From NCBI GenBank assembly GCA_050948825.1, contig JBMNEO010000010.1, forward strand, positions 52,740 to 116,739: a stretch of DNA of 64,000 bases, written 5' to 3'. The stretch comes from Dethiobacteria bacterium (GTDB lineage Bacteria; Bacillota; Dethiobacteria; DTU022; UBA8154). Below, in pieces: positions 59,280 to 64,000 of the stretch. Below the pieces are notes generated by a model that was not told the DNA's origin, searched no databases, and saw nothing but the letters and a program-made list of their open reading frames with translations. Each line of letters opens with the position of its first letter. Within the stretch, counting starts at the first letter, position 1. The translations under genes were made by a program, and so were the position numbers.

Positions 59280-60032
59280 GTGAAGAAATTTTGTCTGGCA
59301 CTTTCCTTTTTAACGATCTTCCCCTGCAGTCCGCGTTCCCCAATCGAACGCGGGGAACTGGCTGCTGCAGCTGCTTACTTTCCCTTGGTCGGCGCGATGC
59401 TGGGGCTGTTCATGGGGGGCGCTGTTTATCTGCTGCGCCTGCTAATACCCTCCGGCCCGCTGGCGGCGCTGGTCCTTGCCGCGTCATTTCTCTTAACGCG
59501 TGGGCTGCACCTTGACGGCCTGGCCGATACCGCCGACGGACTTATAGGGGCGATGGACAGGGAAAAAGCGCTGAAGATCATGCGGGACAGCGTTGTCGGC
59601 TCGATGGGGGTTTGTGCGCTTCTCTTCGTCTACCTCTTTAAATATGCTGCCCTGCTTGCCGTGGACACCCCTTTTTTCCCTCTGGCCATATTCTCTCTTC
59701 CGTTTTGCGGCCGCTGGGCGATGGTTCTGGCCGGCGCGGCATTTGCCCCTGCCAGGCCGGATGGCCTGGGAAACCAGTTTATTGGAGAGCTGGGGTGGAA
59801 GCATTTTCTGTATGCTTCATTTTTTGGGGCCGCGGTCATCGCGGCAACAGTCTGTTTTTGCAGTCATTTTATTTTCCCCATGCTCTGCGGAATTGCAGTA
59901 GCTTTTACTCTCTCGCTGCTCCTTTCCGTCTATGCCGCAGGGAGGCTTGGCGGTTTGACCGGGGATATCCTCGGTGCTGTGAACGAAATAGCCGAAGCGG
60001 GCTTTTTGCTGGGGGTGATCATCTGGAACTGA
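59280..60032 (+). CDS. cobS: Adenosylcobinamide-GDP ribazoletransferase (cobalamin synthase)
   Basis: GLHLDGLADTADG, IMRDS..G, GGLTGDILGA; GTG 59280. Confidence 0.94.
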   Translation: MKKFCLALSFLTIFPCSPRSPIERGELAAAAAYFPLVGAMLGLFMGGAVYLLRLLIPSGPLAALVLAASFLLTRGLHLDGLADTADGLIGAMDREKALKIMRDSVVGSMGVCALLFVYLFKYAALLAVDTPFFPLAIFSLPFCGRWAMVLAGAAFAPARPDGLGNQFIGELGWKHFLYASFFGAAVIAATVCFCSHFIFPMLCGIAVAFTLSLLLSVYAAGRLGGLTGDILGAVNEIAEAGFLLGVIIWN

Positions 60033-60295
60033 AAGGCGAAAGGATTACAGGAAACGGGAAAGGCAACAGAAAAACTAACAAAAGAACTGAAGGGGGAGGG
60101 AAGCCTTGGGATTTGATAAGGTTGAAAATAGGCTTGCCATGAAAGGAAATTCCGTAGGCAGGGATCCCTTGATCGGTAAAGCAGTGCCTAATGACCGCAT
60201 GGGCGGGGCTCTGAAAAGTCGGGAGACCGCCGGTGAACATGCCTCTGGCAGGAAGTCCATGGTGGAGCTTATAAATGACAGAGATTCCGTAGAAG

Positions 60296-61550
60296 ATGGG
60301 GGGGTACATAGGCGAAAGCGCAAAAATCATCGGGAAGGCCGCGGGCGAGGAGACCGGCGGCCACGGGGGCAATGTCTATGCCGCCGCGGCGGCGCACGGC
60401 CTCAGGCCGGAGGATTTTTACGATTTCAGCAGCAATATCAACCCGCTCGGGCCGCCGCCGGGGCTGCTTCCCGAGTTAAAAAGACATCTTGAGCGGGAAA
60501 TCTGTCGCTATCCCGCACCCCAGGCCGCCCCGTTCCGCGGTGCCCTGGCCCGGGAGCTGGGCATCCCCGAGGAGCACCTGCTGATCGGCAATGGTGCCAA
60601 CGAGCTCATTCACCTGTTTTTTCTCTGGAAAAGGCCGAAAAAGGTGCTTATCCCCGCGCCGACTTTTTCCGAATACGAGAGGGCGGCGCGGTTGGCCGGG
60701 GCAGAGGTGGAGTATTTCCGCCTCCTGCCTGAAGAGGTGCTGTCCGAAGAAAAACTTGCCGCACAAATACAAACCGCACAAGCACAAATGGATGGCAGCG
60801 ATTTAATTGTCTTTTGCAACCCCAACAATCCGACGGGGATGTTTTACCCGCGGGATCTGCTGGAAGACATTGTCCTGGCAGCAGGGGAAAAAGGTGCGGC
60901 GGTCTTCATTGACGAGAGCTTTTTCCCCTTTACGGGGCGCCCTGCCATGGAAAGCTTTTCCGGATCTATTTTCCGATCTGCCTTCTACCCGGGTCCTGTT
61001 GACTCCTGCCCGGAAACCGGTGATCTTCGCCCGACCTCCGGCACCGAAACTGAAAATACGGGGGTCAGTTATGGCAACCTCTGGGTGGCCACCTCGCTGA
61101 CCAAGCTCTGGGCACTGCCCGGCCTTCGCCTTGGCTACCTGCTTGGCCCCCCGGAAGGCATCAGGAGCTTAACCGAAAACGGCGATCCCTGGAGGGTTAA
61201 CGCTCTTGCCCAGCGGGCGGGGAGTTACTGCCTTTTCCAAAAACAGTATCTGGAGGATTCACTGGAGCTGGTCAAAAGGGAGCGGGAATTCCTGCTGCGG
61301 GAACTGGAAAAAATTGAAGGACTGAAGGTTTACCCGGGGGAGGCCAATTACCTCCTCCTCAGGGGATGTGTCCTGCGGCTTCTCCAGCGCTGACCTCTGC
61401 CGGAAACTCGCCGCCCGCGGGATCCTGATCCGCGATGCCTCGAACTTCCCCGGCCTCGACGGCAGCTACTTCCGCATTGCGGTCCGCCCGCGGTCGGAAA
61501 ACCTTCGCCTGCTTTCCGCATTGCAGGATTACTTATGCGGGGTTATGTAA
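60296..61550 (+). pseudogene. cobD: Threonine-phosphate decarboxylase CobD, frameshifted near C-terminus (possibly also at a G7 tract at the 5' end)
   Basis: HGGN, DFSSNINPLG, CNPNNPTG, SLTK..LPGLRLGY; conserved tail GILIRDASNFPGL..YFRIAVR is in another frame (61368-61550). Confidence 0.8.
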
Positions 61551-61736
61551 TTAAAATAAAAAAAGTGTTTTTTAGAATCGGTATAATCACACAAACGGTG
61601 CAGGCTCAGCTTGCGGCCCTTTTTATAGAGGAGCGCCTCCTGCCAGGGCTGGCCGGCGCGGAAAAATGGCCTGTGCAACCAGGAAGATAGCGAAGCTGCA
61701 CCGTTGCAAAAATTTTGGAGGTAACTATGATATTAA

Positions 61737-62828
61737 ATGGAAAGAATAAGAAAAACGCTTTCCCAGATTAAACCCCTGGACCGGGAGGCCATGGAAAAAG
61801 TACAGCAAAGGCTGGATATGCTCACCAAGCCGCAGGGCAGCCTGGGGCGCCTGGAGGCGCTCGCCGTGCAGCTTGCCGGGATTACCGGGAGCAGTTTCCC
61901 CCCGGGGGTCAAGAAAAAGGTGGTGCTCTTTGCCGCCGACCACGGGGTGGTGCGCGAGGGCGTCAGCGCCTACCCGCAGGAGGTTACCGTGCAGATGGTC
62001 GCCAACATCGTTAACGGCGGCGCGGCGATCAATGTCCTCTCCCGCCAGGCGGGGGCGCAGGTCAGGGTGATCGACATCGGCGTGGGCTCAGAGATGAGCC
62101 TCGATGGTATCACCAGAGCAAAGGTGAGGCCCGGCACGGGTAATTTCAGCAGGGAAGAGGCTATGAGCCGCCGGGAAGCGGAAGAGGCGTTGCTGGTGGG
62201 GATCTCCGCCGCCGAAGAGGAGGTAACCTCCGGTACCCGGCTTCTGGCGACGGGAGAAATGGGAATCGGCAACACGACGGCCAGCAGCGCGGTAATGGCT
62301 GCCCTCACCGGTTACGATCCTGCACTGGTTGTGGGCAGGGGGACGGGGCTGGATGACGCGCAGCTGGAAAATAAGGTGCGCATCGTGGAGAGGGCGCTTG
62401 CCCTTCACAAGCCCGATCCTGCCGACCCGCTAGCCGTGCTGAACAAGGTGGGCGGGCTAGAGATCGCCGGCCTTGCAGGGCTGATCCTGGGTGCTGCTTC
62501 TTTGCGCTGCCCGGTTATAATCGACGGCTTTATTTCCACGGTTGCCTCCCTGATGGCGGTAAAAATGAGCCCCCTGGCAGCAGAATACCTGATTCCCTCT
62601 CATCTTTCCCAGGAATCAGGGCATGCCCTTCTGCTGAACCATATGGAGCTCAACCCCTATATCAACCTGGAGATGCGCCTGGGGGAAGGGACCGGTGCTG
62701 TCCTGGCGATGCACCTTGTCGAAGCGGCGGCGCGTATCCTGCAGGAGATGGCCACCTTTGACGAGGCCGGTGTCAGCAATAAAGAGTCTGCTGGAAAAGA
62801 GTCCGGCTGCAAGAAGGAGCAGGTGTAA
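61737..62828 (+). CDS. cobT: Nicotinate-nucleotide--dimethylbenzimidazole phosphoribosyltransferase
   Basis: TKPQGSLGRLE, AADHGV, GEMGIGNTT, DGFI, MRLGEGTGA. Confidence 0.96.
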   Translation: MERIRKTLSQIKPLDREAMEKVQQRLDMLTKPQGSLGRLEALAVQLAGITGSSFPPGVKKKVVLFAADHGVVREGVSAYPQEVTVQMVANIVNGGAAINVLSRQAGAQVRVIDIGVGSEMSLDGITRAKVRPGTGNFSREEAMSRREAEEALLVGISAAEEEVTSGTRLLATGEMGIGNTTASSAVMAALTGYDPALVVGRGTGLDDAQLENKVRIVERALALHKPDPADPLAVLNKVGGLEIAGLAGLILGAASLRCPVIIDGFISTVASLMAVKMSPLAAEYLIPSHLSQESGHALLLNHMELNPYINLEMRLGEGTGAVLAMHLVEAAARILQEMATFDEAGVSNKESAGKESGCKKEQV

Positions 62829-62906
62829 AAGGTGTAAGTAAAGGTTGCTCATAACAGGGTTCATAACAGAGGAGAACGATGAATAGAACTGTGAGGAAGA
62901 CAGCAA

Positions 62907-63506
62907 ATGAAAATCTATCTTGTCCGGCACGGGTTGACGGAATCGAACAAACAAAAACACTATACCGGGTGGACCGATGTGGAGCTTGCCCCCGAAGGGG
63001 TCGCACAGGTGGAGGCGCTGGCCGCCGGATTCTCCGGCATGAAAATCGCCGGGCTTTTCAGCAGCGACCTGCGCCGCGCCATAAAGACGGCGGAGATCAT
63101 CGGTTCCGGCCATGGATTGAAGCCGGAGCCGAGCCCGCAGCTCAGGGAGATAAATTTTGGGCTTTGGGAAGGCCTTCGCTATGAAGAAATAATAGCCTCT
63201 TACGAGAATGAAATGCGCCGCTGGTACGATGATCCCTTTTTGTGCGCTCCACCGGGAGGTGAAGACCTGCGCCAGGTTTTCGCCAGAGCTCACTCGTTCC
63301 TGGACGGCCTCTGGAACCGGGAAGACGGGGAAGGCACCTTTGTCGTTGTCAGTCACGGCGGGACGATCCGCAGCGTCCTGCACCACTACCTGGGGCTGGA
63401 AAAAAACCGTTTCTTTGAGCTGACCGTAGATAACGCCGCGGTGAGCCTGCTGGAGAAAGACGCTCAGGGGACCGTCCGGGTATCCTATATGAACAAACGC
63501 CTGTAA
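62907..63506 (+). CDS. cobC: Alpha-ribazole phosphatase (histidine phosphatase)
   Basis: LVRHG, SSDLRRA, EINFG.WEG, VSHGG; cob operon context. Confidence 0.85.
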   Translation: MKIYLVRHGLTESNKQKHYTGWTDVELAPEGVAQVEALAAGFSGMKIAGLFSSDLRRAIKTAEIIGSGHGLKPEPSPQLREINFGLWEGLRYEEIIASYENEMRRWYDDPFLCAPPGGEDLRQVFARAHSFLDGLWNREDGEGTFVVVSHGGTIRSVLHHYLGLEKNRFFELTVDNAAVSLLEKDAQGTVRVSYMNKRL

Positions 63507-63618
63507 AAGGGCTCTCAACTTATTAACAGGGCTGAAATATGTGATAACAGGGCCACAAATAATGTGATAAAAGCCGTTGTATTAGGCATCATGTGCAAGT
63601 GAGGGGGTTCGCTGATCT

Positions 63619-64000
63619 ATGGAAGGAAAAGCCGGAGAAAAAGTCTTTGTATCCTGGAGCGGGGGGAAGGATGCCTACCTGGCGCTGCTCAAGGCCAGGG
63701 AACAGGGGCTGCATGTTTATACCTTGGCGACTTTTATAAGCACGGGAGGGGAGAGCATGTCCCATGCCCTACATCCGGGGCTGCTGCAGGAACAGGCCGC
63801 CGCCCTGGGCTTGCCCCTGGAGATGGAAAGGGTGACCTGGGAGAGCTACGAAGAAGGATTCATGCGGCTTGCGGGCAGGCTGAGGGGAAAAGGGATTCGT
63901 GGCGGGGTCTTCGGCGATATCAACCTGCCCCAGCACCGGGAATGGGTGGAGCAGGCCTGTGGGCGCGCCGCCCTTACAGCTTACCTGCCGCTGTGGGGGA
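63619..64000 (+). CDS. PP-loop ATP pyrophosphatase, diphthine-ammonia-ligase (Dph6)-like, 3'-truncated by window
   Basis: Own translation (absent from ORF track): MEGKAGEKVFVSWSGGKDAYLAL...GGVFGDI...HREWVEQAC...PLW. Confidence 0.85.
   Translation, partial: MEGKAGEKVFVSWSGGKDAYLALLKAREQGLHVYTLATFISTGGESMSHALHPGLLQEQAAALGLPLEMERVTWESYEEGFMRLAGRLRGKGIRGGVFGDINLPQHREWVEQACGRAALTAYLPLWG

Overview
Mostly core chromosome of an endospore-forming, probably anaerobic Bacillota (Clostridia-like); the taxonomy is inferred from spoIID/spoIIQ/spoIIID, the large SRP RNA and the fused PurL. Gene order: leuC(partial)-leuD, EF-G paralog, ddl, pdxS, udg, a two-component system with a propeller/GerMN lipoprotein, argS-serS, tRNAs (Ser x4, Arg), EamA and MFS transporters, tadA. 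An accessory stretch lies between two tRNA-Ser genes: cspA, an ECF-sigma operon, yqeB-xdhC, NTPase-methyltransferase-ECF transporter, purL. Then SRP RNA-dnaX-ybaB-recR, an orphan Dam methylase, ywmB-murA-(inverted spoIID)-spoIIQ-spoIIID-mbl, DUF5693, PHP, adenine deaminase, tagO-wecB, MFS, and a B12-riboswitch-led cobamide salvage operon with frameshifts. Best candidate for a new system: a self-contained ECF transporter with NTPase and SAM-methyltransferase, directly downstream of yqeB-xdhC and preceded by a perfect 27-bp inverted repeat whose arms resemble ModE operators, suggesting Mo/W-regulated uptake of a Mo/W-cofactor-related substrate. Also notable: an abundant REP-like hairpin family with an invariant GGGACGGTTCT core, a ~165-bp MITE-like element in two copies, and a Shine-Dalgarno separated from its start codon by a hairpin. 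All calls are by eye; no searches were run.
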